DNA of 64,000 nucleotides, from assembly GCA_040755995.1 (NCBI GenBank), contig JBFMAF010000018.1:1-64000 (forward strand). The letters run 5' to 3'. Below, in pieces: positions 9,253-19,342 of the stretch. Every line of letters starts with the position of its first letter. The stretch's first letter is position 1. This stretch comes from Acidobacteriota bacterium. Its GTDB lineage: Bacteria > Acidobacteriota > CAIWXX01. The translations under genes and the position numbers were made by a program. A model generated the notes under the pieces. The model was not told the DNA's origin. It saw only the letters and a program-made list of their open reading frames with translations, and made no database searches.

Positions 9253-11739
9253 GTGTCCCACGATCCTTCAACTCGGCCTCCGAGCGAGATGACGAAGAAC
9301 CGCGCATCGGCCGAATCACCGCGGCCCAGTGGGCTCCGATCGGGATCTGTGAGGCGCCGCGGCCGGGACGAAGCCAGGCCCGTGGGCGGTCCGGGCAATC
9401 CAGCGGTCAAGGAGCTGGCGGACAGCATCCCTGACGCCTATTTCGCGCTCGATCACGACCTCAGGTACACGTGCTGGAACAGGGCGGCGGAAAGACTGAC
9501 CGGAATTCCGGCGGATGTCGCTATCGGGAAGAAGATCGTGGAGCTCTTCCGCGATAGTCGTGAGAGAGGCGCTGTCCTCAGATTGTGTCGTGAGGTGCTG
9601 GAGAAGCGAACGCCCAAGACCATCGTCACGTCGCATGGTCTAGGTGGTCGAAAGGGCCTCTACGAGATTTACGCCCACCCGTCGAGCGCGGGCTTGTCGG
9701 TGTTTGTGCGGGACGTGTCGGAACGGCAGCGCGGTGAGGTGGCGTTGCGGCGGAGCGAGGCGAGGCATCGGGCGCTGTTCCATGACACGCTGGAGGCCAT
9801 GTGCGTGACGCATCACGGGCGGATCGTGGATGTGAACAAGGCCTGGCTGGGCCTCCATGGGTACTCCGACCGCGACGAAGTGATCGGTAAAGACATCATC
9901 GAGTTCGTGGCGGACGAGGACAAGGAACAGCTCAGGACGCGCCGCGGGAAGACCTTCGAAGACGGCAAGATTCGGGCGCACGAGATCAGGGACCGGCGCC
10001 GCGACGGCTCGCCCGTGCTCGTGGAGGTCCAGTCCAGCACGCTCTACGAGGGTAGTGACCCTCTGGTGCTCTCGATCGTTCGTGACATCACGGAACGAAA
10101 GGCGATCGAGCGAAGACTGCTGGCAAGCGAAGAGAAGTTCCGGACGATGATGGAACATACGTACGACTGGGAGTACTGGATCGGTCTGGACCAGCAGATC
10201 CTCTATATGACTCAATCGTGCCAGCGCATCGTCGGCTACGAGCCGGATGAGTTCTACAGGGAGCCGGGGCTGGTGGAGCGTCTCGTGCACCCGGAGGATG
10301 CGAAGGCATTCCGTGACCACTGCGCGAGCCACTGTTCGATGGACATGCCGGACTACGCGGTCAGCGAGGTCACGTTTCGAATCATCACGAAGGGCGGCGA
10401 CGAGCGCTGGATCGAGCATCTTTGCAGGCCTGTCTTCGGCGAAGACGCCGCATTCCTCGGGTACAGGGTTTCCAATCGGGACGTGACACGGCGAAGGAAA
10501 GCGGAGCTGGCGCTGGAGTCATCCCAGGCGGCGTTGATGAGAAGCGAGGCCGACTATCGGGCTCTCGCACAGAATCTGCCTGGGATCGTCTATCGCCTTT
10601 CGCTCGGTGACCCGCCCGCCGCCCAGTTCTTCAACGACCAGCTCATTCACGTCACGGGTTACACCTGGGACGAGTTGCGCCCCGGCCGGCTGTGCCTGCT
10701 CGAATCTCTGATTGCGGAGGAGGACCGCGCCGCTGTGCTTGCCGAGATCCAGAAGGCCGTTACGGCGCACGAAGCCTTCAGGGTCGAGTACCGCATCAGG
10801 CGCAAGGATGGCACTCTCCGATACGTCACGGGGCGCGGCAATCCGATCTACGATGAAGCGGGCCATCCGGTGGCCATAGACGGCCTTCTGTTCGATTCGA
10901 CCGAGCAGAGGCTTCTGCAGGATGCGGCCAGGGAGCACCAAGAGCGGACGGCGCAGGCGAGTCGCATGATTGCACTGGGCACGCTGGTGTCAGGTGTGGC
11001 CCACGAGATCAACAACCCGAACAACTTCATCACCCTGAACCTGCCTCTCTTGAAGACTTTCAACGAGGGGCTCAAGCCCATCATCGATGAATACTATCGC
11101 GAGCATGGCGACTTCCCGGTGGGCGGCCTGTTGTACTCTGAGGTCAGGGAGAGCATCCCGAAGCTCCTGGCGGGGATCGAGGAGGGTGCGCGGAGAATCC
11201 GCATCATCGTGAAAGAGCTCCGCGACTTCGCGCGCCCGGGGTCGCCTGCTCACGATCAGCCGGTCGACATGGGCACCATCGTCCGGTCGGCTGTGAACCT
11301 GCTCTGGAATTCGATCCAGAAGTCCACCACACATTTCGTGGAGCAGCACGAAGAGAGACTCCCCAAGGTGATGGGGAACGCGCAGAGGCTCGAACAGGTA
11401 GTCATCAATCTCATCCAGAACGCCTGCGACGCTCTCACGAGCAGGGAGCAGGGGATAACGATCAGAACGACCTCGGACAGGCAGGCGCGGACGGTGATGG
11501 TGGTGGTGCGGGACGAAGGGGCGGGTATGAAGGCCGAAGACCTCGAGCGGCTCGGGCGGCCGTTCTTCACCACCAAGAGGGACCGAGGCGGGATGGGCCT
11601 GGGCGTGAGCATCAGCCAACGGATACTGAAGGAGCACAACGGGGAGCTGCGATACTCATCAGAGCTTGGGCGCGGCACCGTCGCGACGTTGATCCTATCC
11701 GCACTCCCCGAGACGCCCCTCACCGACCGGCAGCCGTAG
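9253..11739 (+). CDS. Cytoplasmic multi-PAS sensor histidine kinase
   Basis: About four PAS/PAC units. H-box GVAHEINNP, N-box NLIQNA, G1 DEGAG, F-box PFFTTK, G2 GMGLG. Start codon uncertain. Confidence 0.93.
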   Translation: MSHDPSTRPPSEMTKNRASAESPRPSGLRSGSVRRRGRDEARPVGGPGNPAVKELADSIPDAYFALDHDLRYTCWNRAAERLTGIPADVAIGKKIVELFRDSRERGAVLRLCREVLEKRTPKTIVTSHGLGGRKGLYEIYAHPSSAGLSVFVRDVSERQRGEVALRRSEARHRALFHDTLEAMCVTHHGRIVDVNKAWLGLHGYSDRDEVIGKDIIEFVADEDKEQLRTRRGKTFEDGKIRAHEIRDRRRDGSPVLVEVQSSTLYEGSDPLVLSIVRDITERKAIERRLLASEEKFRTMMEHTYDWEYWIGLDQQILYMTQSCQRIVGYEPDEFYREPGLVERLVHPEDAKAFRDHCASHCSMDMPDYAVSEVTFRIITKGGDERWIEHLCRPVFGEDAAFLGYRVSNRDVTRRRKAELALESSQAALMRSEADYRALAQNLPGIVYRLSLGDPPAAQFFNDQLIHVTGYTWDELRPGRLCLLESLIAEEDRAAVLAEIQKAVTAHEAFRVEYRIRRKDGTLRYVTGRGNPIYDEAGHPVAIDGLLFDSTEQRLLQDAAREHQERTAQASRMIALGTLVSGVAHEINNPNNFITLNLPLLKTFNEGLKPIIDEYYREHGDFPVGGLLYSEVRESIPKLLAGIEEGARRIRIIVKELRDFARPGSPAHDQPVDMGTIVRSAVNLLWNSIQKSTTHFVEQHEERLPKVMGNAQRLEQVVINLIQNACDALTSREQGITIRTTSDRQARTVMVVVRDEGAGMKAEDLERLGRPFFTTKRDRGGMGLGVSISQRILKEHNGELRYSSELGRGTVATLILSALPETPLTDRQP

Positions 11740-11902
11740 CGGCTGGTGGCGGGTCCAGGAGTCCGTCGATTCCGCGGCTGTCCGGGACCGCGTTGGAACC
11801 CTTGGCAGACTCCCTGCGCAGTTCGCTGCTGATCGTGATCGTCGATGCTGCCGGATCAGGGTGGACAATCCCCTCTTGGAGACGAATCGGTGTAGGAGTA
11901 GA

Positions 11903-13030
11903 ATGAATCATGAGAGGGGCTTGGTGGCTCGAATCCTGATGGGGTCGCTCGGGGCGGTCCCGCTCCCCGACGTACTGACGTTCTTGAACCTGCTCAAGAA
12001 GACCGGCACTCTGACTATCGAAGGTGCCGGGAGCAAGAAGCGCGTCTTCTTCGAGCGAGGTGAGATCATTTTCGCCGCCTCCGAGGATCCGAACGAGAGG
12101 CTCGACACCTTCCTCATCCAACGCGGCAAGATAACGCCTGAGCAGAGTGCCGAGGCTGGCCGCAGGATGCTGTCCGGCATGCGGTTTGGCAGGATTCTTG
12201 TGGCTATGGGGCTGCTCACGCCGAGCGAGCTCTGGACGGCGGTGCAGAGCCAGGTGCTGGAGGTCGTCTACTCGCTGTTTCCGAGCAAGGATGGCATGTT
12301 CTTCTTTGACGAGACTCCAGAGCCATATGAAGAGAAGATCAGGCTATCTTCCTCGTTCACGAACATCATGATGGAGGGAGTCCGTCGTCTGGACGAGTGG
12401 CCGAGAATCCGGGAGGTTATTCCCGACGACGAGGCGGTGCCGCGGCGATGTCCCGTCGACAACCGGGATCGCTCGGTGGACCTGACCGACACGGAACGGC
12501 GGGTGTACGAGCTTGCCGACGGCAGGCGAAGTGTCCGGCAGATCATCCACGGCGGGCGCTTGGGGGATTTCGAGGGGCGGCGCGCCCTGGTGACGCTCAT
12601 CATCGCGCGCCATATCTACATACCGGAGAAACAGCCGACGCGATGGATTGGGCCCGCCGATGACTCGGCGGCCATCAACGATCGGATTCGGCTGTTCAAC
12701 GAGCTGTCCTCGCTCATAGCGGCCGCGTTGAAAAAGCGCCTGCCGCCGGAGCGTGTGGTGCACCTCATGCAGGGAGCCCTTGGTTGCGTGGCAGTCCCTC
12801 AGCTGGCCGGCGTGACGTTCGACTCGACCGGAAAGGTCGATCCGCGCGTGATCTTTTCGAACGTGTCTGAGCATCCCGCTGAGAGCAGGAGAACCGTTGT
12901 TTCGTCCGCGTTGTACTCGCTCCTGACCGCGCTTGTGGACGCATCCGACAGGCACCTCGATGCGCACGAACGAAGGGCGCTGGCGGAAGTGGTGAGCAAG
13001 CTGGCCCCGCAGCTTCAGGACATGGCGTAG
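11903..13030 (+). CDS. DUF4388 (PatA-N-like) domain protein
   Basis: GSLGAVPLPDVL..KKTGTL, FFERGEIIFA, GMFFF and MEGVRRLDEW. AGGAG RBS before the ATG at 11903. Confidence 0.85.
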   Translation: MNHERGLVARILMGSLGAVPLPDVLTFLNLLKKTGTLTIEGAGSKKRVFFERGEIIFAASEDPNERLDTFLIQRGKITPEQSAEAGRRMLSGMRFGRILVAMGLLTPSELWTAVQSQVLEVVYSLFPSKDGMFFFDETPEPYEEKIRLSSSFTNIMMEGVRRLDEWPRIREVIPDDEAVPRRCPVDNRDRSVDLTDTERRVYELADGRRSVRQIIHGGRLGDFEGRRALVTLIIARHIYIPEKQPTRWIGPADDSAAINDRIRLFNELSSLIAAALKKRLPPERVVHLMQGALGCVAVPQLAGVTFDSTGKVDPRVIFSNVSEHPAESRRTVVSSALYSLLTALVDASDRHLDAHERRALAEVVSKLAPQLQDMA

Positions 13031-13143
13031 CGGCGCGCGATTGGACTGTGCTGCTGGCGGGGATTCGTTCAGGTTCATATCGACGTCTACGAATGCGAGC
13101 ACTATGCCGCCGGAGTGCGCGGATCGACCGCTCATGCATACAC

Positions 13144-13172
13144 TTGACATGTGGCGGCCATGGCCATAGATT
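13144..13172 (+). promoter_or_regulatory. Putative sigma70 promoter for the GAF gene
   Basis: TTGACA-17 bp-TAGATT. Confidence 0.5.
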
Positions 13173-13260
13173 CTAGTGCCAATGCTGTGGGCGAATTCTG
13201 TTCTGCGACGTGAGATTACAGAGAGGCCGGGCAGCGTGGCCTGAAATCAAATAGGTGGTC

Positions 13261-14067
13261 ATGAAAGAGAGTGAAGGAGGCGGCATACAGCGGCTCACGG
13301 TGCCGCCGGGCGGAATCGGGGAACTCGTCAGCGAGATGCAGACAACACTGTGGCGAGTCAGGGAGCTGGTCCGGTCGCTGGAAGAAAACCTGCGCGGAGG
13401 CACATCGCATGCCGAGTCGCTCAGTCCCGCCGCGCGCGTGACTGAGCTTGAAGCTCGGCTCGCCGAAGCCGAGAACGATGCAAAAGAACTGGCTGCCAGA
13501 CTGGTGGAGTCCGAGCGGCAATCTGGGGCCCTCATGACCCTGTTCGTGGCGACCTATCAACTCCACGCCAGCATGGATCCTGAAGAGGTGAAAGCTGCGA
13601 TCGCCGAGATCGCCTTGAACATGTTGGGGGCGGAGGAGTTTGTACTGCTGCTCCGAAAGGAGGTGGGGCCCGAGTACGAGATCGCACTGAAGCACGGGCA
13701 CGATCCGGGTTCGACCCCCATGTTCGCAGGCGATGTCTACGCGAGCGGCGATCCCGAGCTGGATGCCACGCTGGGTGACGGCTTGCTGCGTTTCGGACCC
13801 ACCGCCGAGTCGCCCGCGCTCGCCATCGTACCTCTCCGGGTCCAGGCCCAGACGGTCGGCGCAATCGTCATCCTGAGGCTCCTGCCCCACAAACCGGCGC
13901 TCCACGCCGAGGACCGCGAGCTGCTGGACCTGCTCTCGGCCCACGCCGCCGCCGCCCTCTACGCGGCCCGCATCTTCGAATTCAAGGAACAGCGGCTGCG
14001 GACTTTCGAGGAGCTGACGCGGCTGGCCGAAGGCCTGATCAAGATGGCCAGAGGTGAATCCGCCTGA
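13261..14067 (+). CDS. Coiled-coil + GAF domain protein with no output domain
   Basis: N-terminal heptads, then LFVATYQLH...IVPLRVQAQTVGAIVI...DRELLDLLSAHAAAAL, which is GAF-like. Confidence 0.8.
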   Translation: MKESEGGGIQRLTVPPGGIGELVSEMQTTLWRVRELVRSLEENLRGGTSHAESLSPAARVTELEARLAEAENDAKELAARLVESERQSGALMTLFVATYQLHASMDPEEVKAAIAEIALNMLGAEEFVLLLRKEVGPEYEIALKHGHDPGSTPMFAGDVYASGDPELDATLGDGLLRFGPTAESPALAIVPLRVQAQTVGAIVILRLLPHKPALHAEDRELLDLLSAHAAAALYAARIFEFKEQRLRTFEELTRLAEGLIKMARGESA

Positions 14068-14142
14068 CGGAGTGGGAACGAGAAGCGCGCCTGAACGGCC
14101 GCGCGTCCCTGCCCGGTTAGGGGGCCGCCGGAATCGTGCGGC

Positions 14143-14517
14143 TCAGACTCTGTCGATCAGATCCAGCAGCTCTCCGTGCGTGAAGGGCTTCTTGATGTAG
14201 CCGCGAGCTCCCATGCGCAGGCCGCGCCGGATGTCGTCGTCCTTGCCTTCTGTGCTGCAGATGATGACCGGGATGGACTCGAATGCGCGTTCGCGTCTTA
14301 TGTGGCCGAGGAACTCCAGGCCGCTCATCACGGGCATGTTGATGTCGAGGATGATCAGATCGGCATCGGGGTTCGCAGCGAGCACCGCGAGCCCTTCCCG
14401 TCCGTTGGACGCGTGAAGTAGCACCACTCCCCTACGCCGGTACAGCCCCAGGATCAGGTCGTAGACTTTCTGATGGAGCGGCGAATCTTCCACGATCAGG
14501 ATCTTGTGGGGCAGCAT
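14143..14517 (-). CDS. Single-domain response regulator (CheY-like)
   Basis: ILIVEDS, LDINMPVMSG, CST and KKPF motifs. Confidence 0.9.
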   Translation of the reverse strand: MLPHKILIVEDSPLHQKVYDLILGLYRRRGVVLLHASNGREGLAVLAANPDADLIILDINMPVMSGLEFLGHIRRERAFESIPVIICSTEGKDDDIRRGLRMGARGYIKKPFTHGELLDLIDRV

Positions 14518-14541
14518 GAGCATCCTCCTTCGATCGGCCTA

Positions 14542-15639
14542 CTAGGGCTCGATCGAGGACTCCTCGGCTCCTCTACCGCCAGGCTCCTGCGGTGCGAAGA
14601 GATCCGCTATCCTGCGTGCGATTCGGTTCAAAGGCAACACCTGCCGAACCGCGCCGATCTGCACGGCTGCCTTGGGCATACCATTGACGACGCACGTCGA
14701 CTCGTCCTCCGCGATCGTATATGCCCCTTCCTTCGCCAACTCGGCCATCCCTGCCGCACCGTCGCGGCCCATGCCCGTGAGGAGCACGGCGCAGGCTTTT
14801 GCGCCGTAGGCCTGGGCGGCTGATTCGAACAATATGTCGACGGCCGGCCGGTGCGTGAGGGTGTCTGGGAACTTGGTCAGGACAGTGTAGAAGGTGTTGA
14901 CGTCCCTCTTGATGCGCAGATGATGGCCGGTCGGCCCGATGTAGGCCGTGCCTGGCCGGAACACCTCGGCGTGCCGGGCTTCCTGGACGCGAAAGGGCAG
15001 GTGCGCGTTGAGTCGATCCGCAAATGCCTTTGTGAAACCCTCCGGCATGTGCTGAACGACGGCTATCGGCATCTTCGGCAACGGCCCGAGCTCCTCCAGA
15101 ATCTTCTGAATGGCAGGCGGGCCGCCGGTCGAAGCACCGATGAAAAGGGCTTCGTAGCGGAGGTCGCCCATGAGTCGCGTCTCCGCACGGTAGCTCTCGT
15201 CATGAGCGGCCGGCTCCTCGACCTTCCCGCCAGAATCATCTGGACCGCGCGTGAGACTCAGAATCTTCTCGAGGAGAACCGCTCGGGACCTGTGGAAGTC
15301 AACCAGCGAGTACTGCTGCTTGTCGATAAAATCTATCGCGCCGCGATGAAGGGCCTCGATAGCCATCCGGGTTTCCTTGCCCGAGTGAGTTGACATGATG
15401 ATCACGGGGATGCGCTTCCATTCCAGTATGTAGGGGAGGGTCATCAGCCCGCCCATCCCTGGCATGCAGAGGTCCAGCGCCACGATGTCGGGGCGCCACG
15501 TCTTGAGGTTCTCCAGCAACTCCTCGCCCGTGCTGGCCAGACCGACTATCTCGACCCGCTCGTCGGCCTCCAACATTCTCTTGATCGCCTTGCGCACGAA
15601 GGCCGAGTCGTCCACGACGGCGAGCCTGATGGTACTCAC
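14542..15639 (-). CDS. cheB: Chemotaxis methylesterase CheB
   Basis: Receiver domain plus GASTGGP, VQHMP and LTGMGRDGA. Confidence 0.95.
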   Translation of the reverse strand: MSTIRLAVVDDSAFVRKAIKRMLEADERVEIVGLASTGEELLENLKTWRPDIVALDLCMPGMGGLMTLPYILEWKRIPVIIMSTHSGKETRMAIEALHRGAIDFIDKQQYSLVDFHRSRAVLLEKILSLTRGPDDSGGKVEEPAAHDESYRAETRLMGDLRYEALFIGASTGGPPAIQKILEELGPLPKMPIAVVQHMPEGFTKAFADRLNAHLPFRVQEARHAEVFRPGTAYIGPTGHHLRIKRDVNTFYTVLTKFPDTLTHRPAVDILFESAAQAYGAKACAVLLTGMGRDGAAGMAELAKEGAYTIAEDESTCVVNGMPKAAVQIGAVRQVLPLNRIARRIADLFAPQEPGGRGAEESSIEP

Positions 15640-16472
15640 CCTTGCACCCGCTTGTAAGCTATGCAGTCAGATACCCGCACTGCTTCGAAACACGGTGACA
15701 GCCCTATGATTGACTCCGAGTGCCCCAAGAACAGGAGGCCGCCCATTCTTATGCATACGGCAAGATTGTGCACAGACTTGTGGATCGCCGGCTCTGAGAA
15801 GTAGATGATCACGTTCCTGCAGAAGATCGCGTCATACGGGACGTACTTCTGGAACGTCGAGAGGTCCAACAGGTTGCCCCGGCTGAACTTTACTCCTGTC
15901 CGATACGGCTCCCTCAGCGCGTACCGTCCGTTCTCGCCCTTTCGGAAATATCTTGCGATAGTAGCTTCGTCCAGGCCTCGAAGCGAGTACTGGCCGTATT
16001 CGGCACCTTGCGCGATCTCCAGTCTGGTGCTGTCGATGTCGAAGGCATCTATCGTCAAGTCGACGCCCCGATACCGATACTGGTTCTCCTTGGCGAAAAT
16101 GTTCAGCGTGTACGCCTCCTCCCCCGAAGAGCAACCCGCGCACAGCAGCCGAAGCGCCCCTCGCTCCATCGCTCCCGTCTTCAGCTTGTCGAGGCTTTCG
16201 AAAAACGCGGTGAACTGGTGGGTCTCGCGGAAGAAGTACGTCTCGTTGTTGGTTATGAGCTGGGTCAGAACCCCGAGCTCCCCGTCGATGTTCGCCTGGA
16301 GATAGGCGTAGTACTCGCCGAAGCGCCTCAGGCCGAGGGCTTGCAGACGAGGGAGCAGGCGGGACTGAAGGATCTCGATCTTGTGCTCCGGGAAATAGAG
16401 ACCGGTGCAGCCGGAGACAAACTCGTTGAGCATCTCCATCTCTTCCCTGGAGGGCCTGTACCGCATCGTCAT
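15636..16472 (-). CDS. cheR: Chemotaxis methyltransferase CheR
   Basis: TNNETYFFRE, AGCSSGEE, FCRNVIIYF and LFLGHSES motifs. Confidence 0.95.
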   Translation of the reverse strand: MTMRYRPSREEMEMLNEFVSGCTGLYFPEHKIEILQSRLLPRLQALGLRRFGEYYAYLQANIDGELGVLTQLITNNETYFFRETHQFTAFFESLDKLKTGAMERGALRLLCAGCSSGEEAYTLNIFAKENQYRYRGVDLTIDAFDIDSTRLEIAQGAEYGQYSLRGLDEATIARYFRKGENGRYALREPYRTGVKFSRGNLLDLSTFQKYVPYDAIFCRNVIIYFSEPAIHKSVHNLAVCIRMGGLLFLGHSESIIGLSPCFEAVRVSDCIAYKRVQG

Positions 16473-16496
16473 GCCCGCTGCTCCCTCAGCATCCGA

Positions 16497-18404
16497 TCAG
16501 GATTCCAGACAGGACACGGCCCGCTTTGCCACTGCCCCCACGGGATCCGCCGCAAGGGCCGCCAGCAACCGGACATGCTCCGGCACCGGGTACCTGCTCA
16601 GGGCCTCGACACATGCGAGACGCGTCACCCAGTCCTTGTGCCCGATGGCCGCCTTGAACACAGGCAGATCCTCCTCGATCGCGCAGCGCGACAGCGACTT
16701 GTAGGCCATGCTCGCCTCTTTCGGGTCCGGCGACCCGATCATCCCCCTCAACACCCTCCGTGCCTCCGGGCCTCCGATGCGGCCCAGGCTCTCCATGATC
16801 AGCGACCTGGTGAATTGGTTCACCGATCCCATCGCGCGCTCCAGCACCGGCACGCCCTCCCGGTCACCGACCTCGCCCATGACCTCGACTATGTCGTCAT
16901 ACACCTTCCGGCTCAGCATCGATCGCATCACCGGGAGCAGCTCCAGGTAGTTGGACTGGGCGATTACCTCGCATCCTGCCGGCACGAAAGCGTCGGGCTC
17001 CTCGGCCAGCCACTCCTCCCACGGCAGCAGCTTCATCACCTCCTTGTGGTAGGCGAGCTCGGCGATGACCTCTACGCGGCTCTCCGAGGCCAGATCCCGG
17101 ATCATGCCCGCGACGCTGGCGGGATCAGCCCCCATCAGGGCTGACAACACAATCTGCTTCTCGACAGGAATGCCTGCTTCACGGGCCACCACGTGCTTCA
17201 GCAAGCTCTTCCAGCTCCGCAGCGCCGGCATCAGTTTCCCGCGGCCCTCCTCGTCGGAACGCAAGTAGAGTCTCAACAGCTCACCGGCGAGCTCCGGCTC
17301 GTCCACCGTCATGAGCGCGTTCACCACCTCGTCGGTGACCTCGTCCGCACCCAGCCCTTTGACCGCCTGCGCTATCACCTCGACCGACACGGCCTCCGGA
17401 TACCTCGACAAGAGCTGGAATCCCCATTGCCTGGCTATGCCCTCGGCGCTGAGCAGCCGCGGGATGAGATCGGTCCGATATCTCAAGCAAGCGTGCGGCT
17501 CGGGCGACAGTGCCTCCATTGCCAGCACGGTCTCGAGCGCGTGCTCGCTCTCCACACCGGGCCCCAGCGCAAGCAGGCAGCGCGCCGCGGCGTGCCGCAC
17601 CGGCTCGGCAGGATCGTCTATTAGAGGTCGCAAGCTTGCCTCAAACCCTTCAGGCGCGGGAGACGGTTTCGGCAGGCCCTCCATCACGTGCGCCAGCAGC
17701 CCGAGCATCATCTCCACGTCAACCTGCTCGTGGAAAGCCATCCAGTGCTCGGCCAGAATCTTGAACGCCTGGGGTCCACCTATGCGGGCAATCGACTCGG
17801 CGCTCAGCGGACCCAAGAACATGTCCACCAGCAGTTTCTTCAAGGGCCGCAAGGCCGCGGGACTACGTAAGTCACCGAGCGCCTGGATGGCGGCAATCTG
17901 CAGCCACGCCTCACCGTCGAGGAACGCGAGCAGGTCCGGCACGACGCGCTCGTCACCGAGGTGCCCGATCGCCAGGATTGCGGCCTGCACGACGTTCTGG
18001 TCCGAGTGCCGGAGGCACGGTCTGAGGGGCTCCAGCGCCCTGACATCCTTGACGTGGTCCAGGATACCGATGGCTTGCAGCACCACATCGGGATCGTCAT
18101 CCCGCAAGAGTTTCACTGCAACCGACAGCGCCTGCGGTCCCCTCAGCTTGAGCATCTCCAGGCCCATGTTCCTGACGATGTCATCGGCATCGTCACGGAG
18201 ATACGAAACCAGTTGGTCCTCGCCCAGAAGAGAGGCGCCAACCCGTAACGCCCTCTGCCGAATCCAGGGACTCGGATTCCTGGCGAGCCTCACGATCGCT
18301 CCGAGGCGCTGGTCCATGCTCATCGCCGGCAGCGACTCGAGCAGTCGCATGCATTCGTCCCAACCCAGGACTTCCGGGCCTCTTCCTGCCGCTTCCGTGA
18401 TCAT
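16497..18404 (-). CDS. HEAT/PBS-lyase repeat protein within the che operon
   Basis: Repeated LxDxDxxVxxxAxxxLGxxxD units. Confidence 0.88.
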   Translation of the reverse strand: MITEAAGRGPEVLGWDECMRLLESLPAMSMDQRLGAIVRLARNPSPWIRQRALRVGASLLGEDQLVSYLRDDADDIVRNMGLEMLKLRGPQALSVAVKLLRDDDPDVVLQAIGILDHVKDVRALEPLRPCLRHSDQNVVQAAILAIGHLGDERVVPDLLAFLDGEAWLQIAAIQALGDLRSPAALRPLKKLLVDMFLGPLSAESIARIGGPQAFKILAEHWMAFHEQVDVEMMLGLLAHVMEGLPKPSPAPEGFEASLRPLIDDPAEPVRHAAARCLLALGPGVESEHALETVLAMEALSPEPHACLRYRTDLIPRLLSAEGIARQWGFQLLSRYPEAVSVEVIAQAVKGLGADEVTDEVVNALMTVDEPELAGELLRLYLRSDEEGRGKLMPALRSWKSLLKHVVAREAGIPVEKQIVLSALMGADPASVAGMIRDLASESRVEVIAELAYHKEVMKLLPWEEWLAEEPDAFVPAGCEVIAQSNYLELLPVMRSMLSRKVYDDIVEVMGEVGDREGVPVLERAMGSVNQFTRSLIMESLGRIGGPEARRVLRGMIGSPDPKEASMAYKSLSRCAIEEDLPVFKAAIGHKDWVTRLACVEALSRYPVPEHVRLLAALAADPVGAVAKRAVSCLES

Positions 18405-18446
18405 GTCTACCTCCAGAGTATGGTGAGGCGCGGCCTCTCTTTGACC

Positions 18447-19319
18447 TCAAGCCCCGAGGTGGGCTCTGCGCGCGCTCTCTTCCTGCATGGCGCCCTTGAT
18501 GTAGAGAACCTTCTCCACATCCAGCAGGATGGTTAGAACCTGTTGCAGGTGGTAGACGCCGACGATGTAGTCAGACTGCGATGTCAGGACGTCCGGAGGC
18601 GGCGCCTGGATGCCGCGCCGGCTGATCCGCACGACCTGTTGGACGGTATCCACCAGAAGTCCGAGCAGGCGGCCCTTGGAGGAGACGACGAGGATCCTGC
18701 TGTGACCATCGATCGCGGCAGGCGGCAGTCCCAGCCGGACGCGGAGGTCCACTACCGGCAGCACCTTGCCTCGCATGTTGGTCACGCCGCGTACAGGGTT
18801 GGGTGCGTCAGGGACGCGAGTAACGGTCGTCACGCGCAGAATCTCCTGAACGTGCGACACGGGCAATCCGTATACCTCGTCCGCCAGTGTGAAGGTGACC
18901 CAGGTCTCCAGCTGCTCTTCCTTCTTCTCCCCGGCTTCCCCCTCGTGTTCTCTGGCGATATTGTCGGCAAACTCATACAACCTGTTGGGGCCCGTAGGTG
19001 TCTCGAGATTGAGACTCCTTCTGTGGTCCAGGTCTTCCCTGTGCAAAATGTCCTCTGCAAGTCCGCTCGACGGCAGAGACGGGCCGTTCAGCAAGTTCCG
19101 CCTGGCCTTGTCCTTCTTGTCCAGGTCATCCCTGTGCAGGATGTCCTCTGCCAGTCCGCTCGGCGGCAGAGGCAGAACATTCAGCACCTCTCTTCTGGCC
19201 TTGTCCTTCTTGTCCAGATCATCCCTGTGCAGGATGTCCTCTGCCAGTCCGCTCGGCGGCAGTGTCAGGCCATTGAGCAGATCTCTCCTGACCTTATCTT
19301 TCTTCTGGTCCTTCTCCAT
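18447..19319 (-). CDS. cheW: CheW with an N-terminal tandem-repeat extension
   Basis: C-terminal VTFTLADEVYG..VQEI..TRVP..GVTNMRGKVLPVVDL. GGAGG RBS before the ATG at 19319. Confidence 0.92.
   Translation of the reverse strand: MEKDQKKDKVRRDLLNGLTLPPSGLAEDILHRDDLDKKDKARREVLNVLPLPPSGLAEDILHRDDLDKKDKARRNLLNGPSLPSSGLAEDILHREDLDHRRSLNLETPTGPNRLYEFADNIAREHEGEAGEKKEEQLETWVTFTLADEVYGLPVSHVQEILRVTTVTRVPDAPNPVRGVTNMRGKVLPVVDLRVRLGLPPAAIDGHSRILVVSSKGRLLGLLVDTVQQVVRISRRGIQAPPPDVLTSQSDYIVGVYHLQQVLTILLDVEKVLYIKGAMQEESARRAHLGA
19026..19304. repeat. Three tandem 93-bp (31-aa) repeats inside cheW
   Basis: Units begin at 19026, 19119 and 19212. Peptide KKDKxRRxxLNxxxLPxSGLAEDILHRxDLD three times. Confidence 0.95.
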
Positions 19320-19342
19320 GCTCTCCTCCACTCATCCCGGAG

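Noticed and set aside
19026..19304. Possible CRISPR-like array
   Set aside because: The units are contiguous in-frame 93-bp coding repeats with no unique spacers, and there are no cas genes.
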